This document shows, piece by piece, positions 38,709-49,117 of a DNA stretch of 64,000 bases. Where the stretch lies: the NCBI GenBank assembly GCA_949288785.1, contig CASELQ010000002.1, positions 691 through 64,690 of the forward strand, in the 5' to 3' direction. Under the pieces are notes generated by a model that was not told the DNA's origin, ran no database searches, and saw nothing but the letters and a program-made list of their open reading frames with translations. The number at the start of each line of letters is the position of its first letter. The stretch's first letter is position 1. The DNA comes from an uncultured Eubacteriales bacterium. Its GTDB lineage: Bacteria > Bacillota > Clostridia > Christensenellales > Borkfalkiaceae. A program made the translations under genes and the position numbers.

Positions 38709-40376
38709 ATGAAACTCAGCGGCGCCGATATTCTTATAAAGACCCTTATAGAGCAGGGAATAAAGGTGGTTTTCGGCTATCCCGGCGGGCAGGTAATAAA
38801 TATTTACGATTCGCTTTATAAATACGGCGACGAGATTACCCACGTCCTTACCGCGCACGAACAGGGCGCCGTTCACGCGGCGGACGGGTATGCCCGTGCC
38901 ACCGGCGGGATAGGCGCGGTCATTGCCACTTCCGGCCCCGGGGCGACCAATCTTGTAACGGGTATTGCCACGGCGTACCTCGATTCCGTGCCCCTTCTTG
39001 CCATTACCGGCAACGTACCCACCACTCAGATAGGGACTGACAGTTTTCAGGAGATAGATATAACCGGCATTACGCTGCCCATAACCAAGCATAATTACAT
39101 CGTGGAGCGGGCGGAGGACATTGCACCCACCATCCGCGCGGCGATAACGCTTGCGGTTTCCGGCCGCCCGGGTCCCGTCCTTGTGGATATCCCCAAGGAC
39201 GTGCAGATAAAAGAGTGCGAATATATCCCCGCGGGCAGAGCTGTAAAGGACCCGCCTCAGGCGCCAAAGGATGTTCGCGTCTTTGAGGCGGCTGAGATAA
39301 TAAACGGTTCGGCGCGGCCCTTTGTGTATTTCGGCGGCGGGCTTATATCCGGCGGGGCGGAGGAAGAACTTACCGCCCTTGCGGACAGGATAGACGCGCC
39401 GATAGGCTGCTCTATGATGGGAATTTCGGGCATACCTACCAATCACCCGCGGTTTTTGGGGATGCAGGGCATGCACGGGCATTACGCCTCTTCCATGGCG
39501 ATGGCAAAGGCGGACTGCATAATAGCGCTGGGCGTGCGCTTTAACGACAGGGTTACCGGCGACCGCCTTAAATTCGCCAAAAAAACAAAGATAGTGCATA
39601 TAGACGCGGACGGAAGCGAACTTGCTAAAACCGTGCGCGCCGATTGCGGGCTGCGGTCCGACGTTAAACTGACCCTTCAAAAACTTATCCCGCTCTTAAA
39701 ACAGACAGCTCATCCCGAATGGGCGGAGGAAGTGCGGGGCTTTAAGGAGCGCGAAGAAAAGAGAGGGGACAACAGAACGGGATTTACCCCCAAAAACATT
39801 ATAAAGACCCTGAACGGATTTTTACAGCCTTCCACGCCAGTTGCCACCGACGTGGGTCAGCATCAGATGTGGGCGGCGCAGTATCTTGAATTCAGCAGGC
39901 CCCGCAAGTTTATTTCGAGCGGCGGGCTGGGGACCATGGGCTTCGGGCTGGGCGCGGCGATAGGCAGCGCCTTCGGCACCGGGGAAAGGACGGTTCTTAT
40001 AACGGGGGACGGGAGTTTCGGTATGTGTTTAAGCGAGCTTGCAACCGCCGTTACTTATAAGGTGCCCGTGGTGATACTTTTAATGAACAACGGCGTGCTC
40101 GGGATGGTAAGACAGTGGCAGACGCTGTTTTTCCACAAGCACTACTCCAATACCGTGCTGGACAGAAAAACGGATTTCGTGCAGCTTGCAAAGGCGTTCG
40201 GGGCAAACGGAGAAAAGGCGGATAACCTTAACGCACTGCAATGCGCGTTAAAGCGGGCGTTTGCGGCGGAAGGGCCCTATCTTATCGATTGCGCCGTGGA
40301 TAAGGACGAGCTGGTGCTCCCCATGCTTCCGCCCGGCGGCAGTATGGAAGATATTATCACAAAGGCGGATAAATAA
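38709..40376 (+). CDS. ilvB: acetolactate synthase (acetohydroxyacid synthase) large subunit, biosynthetic type
   Basis: N-terminal GADILIKTLIEQGIKVVFGYPGG and the ThDP-binding motif GDGSFGM...LLMNNGVLGMV are present. The start is set at the ATG after GAGAGGGA. Confidence 0.93.
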   Translation: MKLSGADILIKTLIEQGIKVVFGYPGGQVINIYDSLYKYGDEITHVLTAHEQGAVHAADGYARATGGIGAVIATSGPGATNLVTGIATAYLDSVPLLAITGNVPTTQIGTDSFQEIDITGITLPITKHNYIVERAEDIAPTIRAAITLAVSGRPGPVLVDIPKDVQIKECEYIPAGRAVKDPPQAPKDVRVFEAAEIINGSARPFVYFGGGLISGGAEEELTALADRIDAPIGCSMMGISGIPTNHPRFLGMQGMHGHYASSMAMAKADCIIALGVRFNDRVTGDRLKFAKKTKIVHIDADGSELAKTVRADCGLRSDVKLTLQKLIPLLKQTAHPEWAEEVRGFKEREEKRGDNRTGFTPKNIIKTLNGFLQPSTPVATDVGQHQMWAAQYLEFSRPRKFISSGGLGTMGFGLGAAIGSAFGTGERTVLITGDGSFGMCLSELATAVTYKVPVVILLMNNGVLGMVRQWQTLFFHKHYSNTVLDRKTDFVQLAKAFGANGEKADNLNALQCALKRAFAAEGPYLIDCAVDKDELVLPMLPPGGSMEDIITKADK

Positions 40377-40377
40377 T

Positions 40378-40884
40378 ATGCAGAGATTTACGGTGGCGGT
40401 GCTGGTAAAAAACCAGTTCGGCGTGTTAAACAGAGTAACCAGTATGTTCCGGCGGCGGCGCTTTAACATAAGCGCCCTTTCGGTAAGCGAAACCGAGTCT
40501 GCGGAGTTTTCCCGCATAACCGTGCTGTTTGACGGGGACAGGGCGGGCGAGCAGCAGCTTATAAATCAGTTATATAAACTTCCGGACGTGTGTTCCATAA
40601 AAGAACTGGGCGGGGACGAGAGTTTCAGCGCGGAGCTGGTGCTTATAAAACTCCGCAACATTCCCGCGGTGAGGGACGAGATATTGGCGGCGGGGGAGGC
40701 TTTCGGCGCGGATACGGTGGACTATTCGAGAGATTCCATTATGTTCCGGCTTACGGCGGAGCCCAGAAAGATAGACGATTTTATAAATCTTATGCGCGAT
40801 TACGATATTCTGGAAATCTGCCGCACGGGTGTGATATCCTTAGAGCGCGGTGCCTCCACTATCCGCAAGATAACAAACTATTGA
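40378..40884 (+). CDS. ilvN: acetolactate synthase small (regulatory) subunit
   Basis: The ACT-domain N-terminus (VLVKNQFGVLNRVTSMFRRRRFNI) and 168-aa length fit. The ATG follows the ilvB stop by 1 nt. Confidence 0.92.
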   Translation: MQRFTVAVLVKNQFGVLNRVTSMFRRRRFNISALSVSETESAEFSRITVLFDGDRAGEQQLINQLYKLPDVCSIKELGGDESFSAELVLIKLRNIPAVRDEILAAGEAFGADTVDYSRDSIMFRLTAEPRKIDDFINLMRDYDILEICRTGVISLERGASTIRKITNY

Positions 40885-40973
40885 TCATAGCCCGTAATTT
40901 TCGGCGGGTAATTAAATAATACCGTTTGTAAAATTTATTATCGGGCAGTGGCTTTAAACAAAGAAATAAATAA

Positions 40974-42029
<1,056 letters not shown>

Positions 42030-42067
42030 CTAACGCGCTTTTATTTACGGCGCTCCGCCGTAATTTT

Positions 42068-42100
42068 TCGGGGCGCGGCGGGGCTGCCGCCGCGCCCCGA
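42068..42100. terminator. perfect 14-bp GC hairpin after ilvC
   Basis: TCGGGGCGCGGCGG-GGCTG-CCGCCGCGCCCCGA. No T-tract follows on the + strand. Confidence 0.5.
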
Positions 42101-42156
42101 AAGTATAAGCCGAAAAACGGGCAAAACCGGCGTATAAAAAAGTATAAGCCGAAAAA
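42101..42156. repeat. 17-bp direct repeat AAGTATAAGCCGAAAAA x2 (42101..42117, 42140..42156)
   Basis: Read directly from the sequence. The copies lie immediately downstream of the ilvC hairpin, 39 bp apart. Confidence 0.8.
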
Positions 42157-42294
42157 ACGAAAAAAGCGCATAAAACTGTCAGTCTGTATGATTAAATAAA
42201 AAAATTTATTTTTCCGTATTTTCAAAATACGGCGCTCCTTCCGATAATGAGAAAGGAGCATACAGGCGGGGAGAGAATGTAAAGGAGAGAAAGT

Positions 42295-43950
42295 ATGATT
42301 AGCGACGGTATAAAAAACGGGCCGAACAACGCGCCCCACCGCGCACTGTTCCGCGCGCTGGGGCTTACCGAGGAAGAAATATCCCGCCCCATAATAGGGG
42401 TGGTAAACTCATTTAACGAGATAGTGCCCGGGCATATGCACTTAAACACCATTGCTCAGGCAGTTAAATTGGGGGTTGCCGCGGCGGGCGGCACGCCCGT
42501 GGAGTTCCCCGCCATAGCCGTGTGCGACGGTATCGCCATGGGGCACAAGGGAATGAAGTATTCGCTTGTAACGCGGGAACTGATTGCCGATTCCACGGAG
42601 GCCATGGCGCTTGCACACGGGTTTGACGGGTTGGTATTCATTCCCAACTGCGATAAGAACGTGCCGGGGCTTTTAATGGCGGCGGCGCGGCTCAATATTC
42701 CTTCGGTATTTATAAGCGGCGGGCCCATGCTTGCCGGCAGAAAGGGCAACGAACGGCTGAGTTTTTCCACCGTCAGCGAGGCGGTGGGGAGATTCAATGC
42801 GGGCGATATTTCCGAAGAGGAATTGTTTGAATACGAATGCAATACCTGCCCCACGTGCGGCTCCTGCTCCGGTATGTATACCGCCAACTCCATGAACTGC
42901 CTTACCGAGGCGTTGGGCATGGGGCTTAAAGGCAACGGAACGATTCCCGCCGTTTACTCCGCCAGGATAAGGCTTGCCAAAAAGGCGGGCGCAGCCATAA
43001 TGAGGCTTATAAAAGACGACCTTTGCCCGCGCGACATCATGACGGAAAAGGCGTTTATCAACGCCCTTACGGTGGATATGGCGCTGGGCTGCTCCACGAA
43101 CAGTATGCTGCATATCCCTGCAATAGCCCACGAGTGCGGGATAGAGATAAACCTGGATATAGCCAACAAAATAAGCGAAAAAACGCCGAACCTCTGCCAC
43201 CTGGCGCCGGCGGGCAAAACTTACGTTGAGGATCTTAACGCCGCCGGCGGGGTTTACGCCGTCATGCACGAACTCGATAAAAAGGGACTTATAAATAAAG
43301 ACTGTATGACCGTTACCGGCAAAACGGTGGGCGAAAACATCGCGGGGGCGGTAAATCTCAATACGGAAGTAATCCGCCCGATAGATAACCCGTATTCCGC
43401 AACGGGCGGAATAGCGGTGCTGAAAGGCAATCTCGCGCCCCGGGGGAGCGTGGTAAAGCGTTCCGCGGTTGCGCCATCCATGCTGGTGCACGAAGGTCCC
43501 GCGAGGGTGTTCGACGGGGAAGAACAGGCGCAGGCTGCCATAAACGCGGGGGATATCCGCCCCGGCGACGTGGTGGTTATCCGTTACGAAGGGCCTAAGG
43601 GCGGCCCCGGTATGCGGGAAATGCTCAATCCCACTTCCTGCATAATGGGCATGGGGCTGGGGGAGAGCGTGGCGCTCATAACCGACGGGCGGTTCAGCGG
43701 CGCTACCCGCGGCGCGTGCGTGGGGCACATCACGCCGGAAGCCGCTTCGGGCGGGGTAATAGGCGTGGTGAAAGAGGGCGACAGGATTCGTATAGATATT
43801 CCCGCGGGCAAGATCGAACTGCTGGTGCCGGAAGAGGAGATAGCCGCGCGGCTTAAAGACTTTACGCCCTTAAATAAGCCGCTTTCGGGGTATCTTAAAA
43901 GATACGCCGCGGCGGTTACGGGCGGCGCAAGCGGCGCCGTGCTTATGTAG
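42295..43950 (+). CDS. ilvD: dihydroxy-acid dehydratase
   Basis: Motifs CDKNVPG and [16 protein letters not shown] (Fe-S ligands) are present, with the C-terminal ITDGRFSG. Confidence 0.95.
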   Translation: MISDGIKNGPNNAPHRALFRALGLTEEEISRPIIGVVNSFNEIVPGHMHLNTIAQAVKLGVAAAGGTPVEFPAIAVCDGIAMGHKGMKYSLVTRELIADSTEAMALAHGFDGLVFIPNCDKNVPGLLMAAARLNIPSVFISGGPMLAGRKGNERLSFSTVSEAVGRFNAGDISEEELFEYECNTCPTCGSCSGMYTANSMNCLTEALGMGLKGNGTIPAVYSARIRLAKKAGAAIMRLIKDDLCPRDIMTEKAFINALTVDMALGCSTNSMLHIPAIAHECGIEINLDIANKISEKTPNLCHLAPAGKTYVEDLNAAGGVYAVMHELDKKGLINKDCMTVTGKTVGENIAGAVNLNTEVIRPIDNPYSATGGIAVLKGNLAPRGSVVKRSAVAPSMLVHEGPARVFDGEEQAQAAINAGDIRPGDVVVIRYEGPKGGPGMREMLNPTSCIMGMGLGESVALITDGRFSGATRGACVGHITPEAASGGVIGVVKEGDRIRIDIPAGKIELLVPEEEIAARLKDFTPLNKPLSGYLKRYAAAVTGGASGAVLM

Positions 43951-43992
43951 AGAAAGGTCATAGGAAAGCAGGAGAGACGGAGAAAAGTCGTT

Positions 43993-45201
43993 ATGGATAT
44001 AAAGGGTATTCGTGGTTTAAAAGACAGGCTGCAATCGCTTGCCGTGTTCGGCGGCGTGCTTAAAGACCGCCCTATGGCGGGGCTTTTGGAGTACCTTGAA
44101 GAAGTTGCCGCCGGCGGCGGGCAGGGTGTGCGGCTGTACTCGCAGTTTGTTTCCCTGCTGTACGAAGAGAACGGCGGAAACCTTTCCCTTTACGTGAGGG
44201 ACGTGTGCTATCGCAATGAAAACGTGTTCGTAAAGGCGGCGGGAAGGGGCGAAAAACCCGCCTTGCACATAGCCGAGGCTGCAGGGCGCGAGCTTGAAAT
44301 TTTGCAGAACGTTGCAGACCTTACGTCAGGTGAGCTGACCGAGCCGCTTTGTTACGGCGGTTATTTGCCGCGGTACGTTACCGAAAAGACGGATATAACC
44401 GCAGGGTACATGGAGCGCGCGGCGCAGACGGGCAGGTACGGCTACGGCAAATACGCGGTTTATCCCATGTTCATAATAGACGAAAATGCGGAAATAATAC
44501 CCGTTAAAAATCCGGACGGCATAACCCTTTCATCCCTTACGGGGTACGAAGAAGAGCGGCGCGCCGTGGTGGAGAACACGGCGGCACTCTTAAAAGGAAA
44601 GCCCGCCGCAAACGCCCTTTTAACGGGCGACGCGGGCACGGGTAAGTCCACTACCGTAAAGGCGATAGAAAACGAGTTTTATAAGGACGGTCTCAGGCTT
44701 ATAGAGATGCGTAAATCGCAGCTGTACCTTTTGCCGCAGGTGCTGGACGAACTTGCCGGCAACCCCCTTAAATTCATAATTTTTATAGACGATATTTCGT
44801 TTGTGGGGGATGACGACTGTTTCAACGCGCTTAAAGCCGTGCTCGAAGGTTCGGTTTCGGCGCGCTCCCATAACGTGGCGGTTTACGCCACCAGCAACCG
44901 CCGCCATATAATAAGGGAAAAGTTTTCGGACAGGGAGGGGGACGATATTCATTTAAACGACACATTGCAGGAAAGCGTTTCCCTTTCCGAGCGGTTCGGG
45001 CTGCAGGTTACCTTCCGCCGCCCGGATAAAAAGCTGTATCTTGAAGTAGTAAAAAGCCTTGCAAAGGAAAAGGGGATAAAAGTGCCCGAAAAAGAGCTGT
45101 TTGAAATGGCTGAGCGCTTTGCACTTTCGCACGGCGGCAGATCCCCGCGCCACGCCCGCCAGTTTACGGACGCGCTTGTTTCCGAAACGCTGCGCCCCTG
45201 A
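43993..45201 (+). CDS. DUF815-type AAA/P-loop ATPase of unknown function
   Basis: Walker A LLTGDAGTGKST and Walker B FIIFIDDISF are present, with an SNRRH pattern typical of the DUF815 family. The N-terminal ~190 aa carry no motif I recognise. Confidence 0.6.
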   Translation: MDIKGIRGLKDRLQSLAVFGGVLKDRPMAGLLEYLEEVAAGGGQGVRLYSQFVSLLYEENGGNLSLYVRDVCYRNENVFVKAAGRGEKPALHIAEAAGRELEILQNVADLTSGELTEPLCYGGYLPRYVTEKTDITAGYMERAAQTGRYGYGKYAVYPMFIIDENAEIIPVKNPDGITLSSLTGYEEERRAVVENTAALLKGKPAANALLTGDAGTGKSTTVKAIENEFYKDGLRLIEMRKSQLYLLPQVLDELAGNPLKFIIFIDDISFVGDDDCFNALKAVLEGSVSARSHNVAVYATSNRRHIIREKFSDREGDDIHLNDTLQESVSLSERFGLQVTFRRPDKKLYLEVVKSLAKEKGIKVPEKELFEMAERFALSHGGRSPRHARQFTDALVSETLRP

Positions 45202-45270
45202 AAACGGCGTAATCTCTCTTTTAAAAGAACCACGGCGCGGGATAAAAAAGTTAAAACAGTGTTATTGGAA

Positions 45271-45307
45271 CCTTTCTGCCGGATATGCCGGGCAGGAGGG
45301 TTTTTTT
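45271..45307 (+). terminator. rho-independent terminator after the DUF815 gene
   Basis: CCTTTCTGCCGG...CCGGGCAGGAGGG hairpin followed by TTTTTTT. Confidence 0.75.
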
Positions 45308-45378
45308 GTTGCCAGACGCCGCAAGATTTATCAGAATTTAAACAGTTAAAGGGGGCTTGCCGTTTTACGGCAGCATAT

Positions 45379-45585
45379 TCAGGTTATAAGGTCAAGCAGA
45401 TCTTCGTTAAAAATTCGCGATATTTCAAGTAAAGTGGCAAGATTCGGTTCGCAAACGCCGTGCTCCCACGCGCTGACGGTCCGTTGATCTACGCCCAACC
45501 GCTCCGCCAGCTCAGATTGTTTCATTCCGCACGATTTACGCAGGTTTTTAAGGTTCTCCCCGAATTTGATTTCATTGCTTTGCAT
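45379..45585 (-). CDS. XRE family helix-turn-helix transcriptional regulator (68 aa)
   Basis: The HTH_3 pattern FGENLKNLRKSCGMKQSELAERLGVDQRTVSAWEHG is present. No SD precedes the ATG. Confidence 0.85.
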   Translation of the reverse strand: MQSNEIKFGENLKNLRKSCGMKQSELAERLGVDQRTVSAWEHGVCEPNLATLLEISRIFNEDLLDLIT

Positions 45586-45592
45586 ATCAAAA

Positions 45593-45647
45593 TTTTACCA
45601 AATACATTGGTAAAATGATTGACGTACCAAATTTTTTGGTATATAAT
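45593..45647. promoter_or_regulatory. divergent control region: two TACCAA/TTGGTA palindromes and a consensus promoter for the PH-domain gene
   Basis: Palindrome 1 is TTTTACCAA-ATACA-TTGGTAAAA (45593..45615). Palindrome 2, TACCAAA-TTT-TTTGGTA (45625..45641), fills exactly the 17-nt spacer between TTGACG (45619) and TATAAT (45642). Confidence 0.6.
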
Positions 45648-45676
45648 GAATTTAAATCATTTCAGGGAGAAAATTT

Positions 45677-46063
45677 ATGGAAAATTATGTGGCAAAAAGA
45701 AGCGCGTGGAGCGAGGTAACCTTTTTGAGGGTCATATTGTGTATTCTTATAATACCGATTTTTTATCTTATTTATAAAATTATAGAATGTAAAAAGGAAA
45801 GATGGGAGATAAATGCAAACAAAGCCGTTCATACGAGCGGAATTTTGAATAAAAGAACCGAGCAGACGGTTATTACGGGGATACTTGCGGTAAACGTGGA
45901 GCAGAGTTTAAAGGGCAGGATATTTAATTTCGGAGACATTGTCGTAGACATTGCAGGAAAAAACAATATGCATATGGAAGGCGTGGCAAAACCTTATGAT
46001 TTTAAAAAGGTAATAGAGGAGTATATTGAAAGTCAGAATATCCGTGCGGCGGCGATAAACTGA
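45677..46063 (+). CDS. small membrane protein with bacterial PH (bPH_2/DUF304-like) domain
   Basis: One N-terminal TM segment (FLRVILCILIIPIFYLIY) is followed by GILNKRTEQTVITGILAVNVEQSLKGRIFNFGDIVVD, which resembles the YdbS/YdbT membrane-flanked PH domain. A GGGAGA RBS is present. Confidence 0.55.
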   Translation: MENYVAKRSAWSEVTFLRVILCILIIPIFYLIYKIIECKKERWEINANKAVHTSGILNKRTEQTVITGILAVNVEQSLKGRIFNFGDIVVDIAGKNNMHMEGVAKPYDFKKVIEEYIESQNIRAAAIN

Positions 46064-46195
46064 GTTTCACAGGTTCCCTGCAAAACAGCGGCTTTTATTG
46101 CCGACTGTTAAGGTCAAGCGATACGCGGAAAAAATTGTATGTAAAACTTATCTTGTTTTATACATTATTTAATTGAAGTTTTTACGGTGCTCTTT

Positions 46196-46248
46196 AAAGC
46201 CCCTTAAACAAATCCCGAGAACGGGGTTTATTTAAGGGGCTTTTTTCC
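46196..46248 (+). terminator. rho-independent terminator downstream of the PH-domain gene
   Basis: AAAGCCCCTTAAA...TTTAAGGGGCTTT has an inner CCCG/CGGG helix and is followed by TTTTTT. Confidence 0.75.
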
Positions 46249-46341
46249 GTAACCCGCAAGAACGGAAGGTATAACCGTATCCCTTAAATAATATTATCTT
46301 TTATTTGTATGTTTCGCGCAGACGTGCAGATATTGTACAAA

Positions 46342-46466
46342 TATGAATAGAATAATTAAATATTCATAATTTTATGAATAATAAGTGAATATTTGAATAA
46401 AAAATTTTATTATTTATGAAAATATTCATTCAAATGCTTGACAAAAAAACGCGGCGGGAGTATAAT
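46342..46466 (+). promoter_or_regulatory. ARG-box cluster (ArgR/AhrC-type operators) abutting the argG promoter
   Basis: Three TATGAAT/TATGAAA-headed 18-mers start at 46342, 46373 and 46415. The second, TATGAATAATAAGTGAAT, matches the Bacillus ARG box CATGAATAAAAATKCAAK at 14 of 18 positions. Next comes TTGACA (46438), a 17-nt spacer, then TATAAT (46461). Confidence 0.6.
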
Positions 46467-46490
46467 CGAAAAAAACGGTCGGAGGGACTT

Positions 46491-47717
46491 ATGGATAAGA
46501 AAGATATAAAAAAGGTAGTGCTTGCGTATTCCGGCGGGCTGGACACTTCTATTATAATTCCGTGGCTCAAAGAAAATTACAACAACTGTGAAGTTATTGC
46601 CGTGTCCGCAAACGTGGGGCAGGCGGACGAACTCGAGGGGCTTGAAGAAAAGGCGTTAAAGACGGGCGCTTCCAAACTGTATATAGAGGATCTTACGGAC
46701 GAGTTTGTGGAAGATTACGTTATACCCACCGTAAAAGCGGGCGCGCTTTACGAAGAATATATGCTGGGCACGGCGTTCGCTCGGCCGATTATTGCCAAGC
46801 GCGTGGTGGAAATAGCCTTAAAAGAAGGGGCGGACGCGATTTGCCACGGCTGCACCGGCAAGGGCAACGACCAGGTGCGTTTCGAACTTGCGATAAAGGC
46901 GTTTGCGCCGGATATGCCGGTAATTGCGCCGTGGAGGGAATGGAGCATAAAATCCCGCGAGGAAGAGATAGAATATGCCGAAAAACACAACGTGCCCTTA
47001 AAGATAAACCGCGAAACCAATTACAGCAAGGATAAAAACCTGTGGCATCTTTCGCACGAGGGGCTGGACTTGGAGGACGCGGGCAACGAACCGCAGTACG
47101 AAAAGAAGGGCTTTTTGGAGATGGGCGTTTCCCCGATAGACGCGCCCGACAAGCCCGCCTATATAACGCTCGAATTTGAAAAGGGTATCCCGGTTAAGCT
47201 TAACGATAAGAAGATGAGCCAGAAAGATATAGTGCTTGCCTTAAATAAACTGGGCGGCGAAAACGGGATAGGGCTTTTGGATATAGTTGAAAACCGCCTT
47301 GTAGGCATGAAATGCCGCGGCGTGTACGAAACGCCCGGCGGCGCCATACTCTATTTTGCGCACAAGTATCTTGAAACCCTTTGCCTTGACAAGATGACTG
47401 CGCATAAAAAACAGGAACTTTCCATAACCTTTGCCGAACTTGTGTATAACGGGCAGTGGTTCACGCCCCTTCGTGAAGCGCTTTCCTCCTTTGTGGACAA
47501 AACGCAGGAGCGGGTTACCGGCAAGGTAAAACTCAAACTGTATAAAGGCAACATAATAAAGGCGGGCGCTTGGAGCGATTATTCGCTGTATTCGGAGGAG
47601 ATAGCCACGTTCGGCGAGGACCACGTGTTCAACCAGGCGGACGCGGGCGGATTCATAAACCTGTTCGGGCTGCCCATAAAGGTACAGGCGCAGGTAGACG
47701 CAAAACTCAAAAAATAA
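46491..47717 (+). CDS. argG: argininosuccinate synthase
   Basis: The ATP-pyrophosphatase motif [10 protein letters not shown] is present. The start is set at the ATG after GGAGGGA; the longer ORF-track start runs through the promoter. Confidence 0.95.
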   Translation: MDKKDIKKVVLAYSGGLDTSIIIPWLKENYNNCEVIAVSANVGQADELEGLEEKALKTGASKLYIEDLTDEFVEDYVIPTVKAGALYEEYMLGTAFARPIIAKRVVEIALKEGADAICHGCTGKGNDQVRFELAIKAFAPDMPVIAPWREWSIKSREEEIEYAEKHNVPLKINRETNYSKDKNLWHLSHEGLDLEDAGNEPQYEKKGFLEMGVSPIDAPDKPAYITLEFEKGIPVKLNDKKMSQKDIVLALNKLGGENGIGLLDIVENRLVGMKCRGVYETPGGAILYFAHKYLETLCLDKMTAHKKQELSITFAELVYNGQWFTPLREALSSFVDKTQERVTGKVKLKLYKGNIIKAGAWSDYSLYSEEIATFGEDHVFNQADAGGFINLFGLPIKVQAQVDAKLKK

Positions 47718-47728
47718 GGAATTCATTT

Positions 47729-49117
47729 ATGGCAAAAATGTGGGCGGGGAGGACCGAGGGCCTTCTCGATAAAGACGCGGACGATTTCAATTCGTCCGTA
47801 TCTTTTGATAAAAGGATGTATAAAGAGGATATAGCAGGCTCAAAGGCGCATGCCGCAATGCTTGCCGCATGCGGGATAATTTCCGGGGAGGACGCGAAAA
47901 AGATAACCGAAGGGCTAAACGGCATTCTCAAAGATATAGAGAGCGGCGCACTTTTAATAGAAAACGCCGAGGACGTGCATATGTTCATAGAAGAGCAGCT
48001 GACCGCCCGCATAGGCGAAGCGGGCAAAAAGCTGCACACCGCGCGGAGCCGCAACGACCAGGTGGCGCTGGATCTGCGCCTGTATTTAAGGAACAGGTGC
48101 GGGGAAATATCCGCGCTTATAAAAGCGCTGCTTACCGTGATAAAGGACAAGGCGGAGGAATATAAAACGGCTATAATGCCGGGGTATACCCACTTGCAGC
48201 GCGCACAGCCCGTAACCTTTGCCCACCATCTTCTGGCGTATGCCGAGATGTTCAAAAGGGACGCCGGCAGGATAAAGGACGCGGTTTCCCGCATGAATTA
48301 TTCGCCGCTCGGTTGCTGCGCTTTGGCGGGTACCACGTATAATATCGACAGGCAGATGACCGCCGCCGCGCTCGGGTTTTCGGGCGTTACCGCCAACAGT
48401 ATAGACGGGGTTTCGGACAGGGATTTCTGCGTGGAACTGCTGGCGGCGTTCTCGCTTATCATGACGCACCTTTCCCGTTTTTCGGAAGAGATAATACTCT
48501 GGACTTCGTGGGAGTTTAAGTTTGCCGAACTTTCGGATGCGTTCACGACCGGTTCGTCCATAATGCCGCAGAAAAAAAATTCCGATATGGCGGAACTCGT
48601 CCGCGGCAAGGCGGGCAGGGTATACGGCGACCTTATGGGTACCCTGACCATGCTCAAAGGCCTGCCGCTTGCCTATAACAAGGATATGCAGGAAGATAAG
48701 GAGGCGGTGTTCGACGGGGCGGAAACGGTCATAAAATGCCTTAAAGTTTTTGCGCCTATGGCGGCGTCCTTGCGGGCAAATACCGAAAATATGCGCGCCG
48801 CGGCGGGCAAGGGCTTTATAAACGCCACGGACCTTGCGGACTATCTCACTAAAAAAGGAATACCTTTCCGCACGGCGTATAAGATAGTGGGCGGGATAGT
48901 TGCAAAGTGCATAAAAGAAAACAAAACGCTGGAAGATCTGAGTTTAGAAGAGTATCGCGCCGAGAGCACTGCGTTCGATAAGGACCTTTACGAGAGCATA
49001 GACCTGCTTAACTGCGTGGAGCGCAGGATCTCCGAGGGTGGCGCGGGCAGTGCCTCGGTAAACAAACAGCTTGCGGCATTAGGGGAGTTCATCGCCGATG
49101 AAAAAAATTTTTATTGA
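47729..49117 (+). CDS. argH: argininosuccinate lyase
   Basis: The fumarate-lyase signature GSSIMPQKKNSD and N-terminal MWAGRTEG are present. Confidence 0.95.
   Translation: MAKMWAGRTEGLLDKDADDFNSSVSFDKRMYKEDIAGSKAHAAMLAACGIISGEDAKKITEGLNGILKDIESGALLIENAEDVHMFIEEQLTARIGEAGKKLHTARSRNDQVALDLRLYLRNRCGEISALIKALLTVIKDKAEEYKTAIMPGYTHLQRAQPVTFAHHLLAYAEMFKRDAGRIKDAVSRMNYSPLGCCALAGTTYNIDRQMTAAALGFSGVTANSIDGVSDRDFCVELLAAFSLIMTHLSRFSEEIILWTSWEFKFAELSDAFTTGSSIMPQKKNSDMAELVRGKAGRVYGDLMGTLTMLKGLPLAYNKDMQEDKEAVFDGAETVIKCLKVFAPMAASLRANTENMRAAAGKGFINATDLADYLTKKGIPFRTAYKIVGGIVAKCIKENKTLEDLSLEEYRAESTAFDKDLYESIDLLNCVERRISEGGAGSASVNKQLAALGEFIADEKNFY

Noticed and set aside
38664-39680. Long antisense ORFs opposite ilvB. 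The same pattern occurs at 41118..41954 (ilvC), 42673..43728 (ilvD), 50034..51263 (argJ), 26609..27310 (yicC), 35979..36629 (rbr), 47241..47726 (argG) and 37490..38065 (the Gfo gene).
   Set aside because: All are mirror-frame shadows of strongly motif-supported sense genes. Their composition is Arg/His/Gly/Phe-rich with no motifs and no SD sequences.
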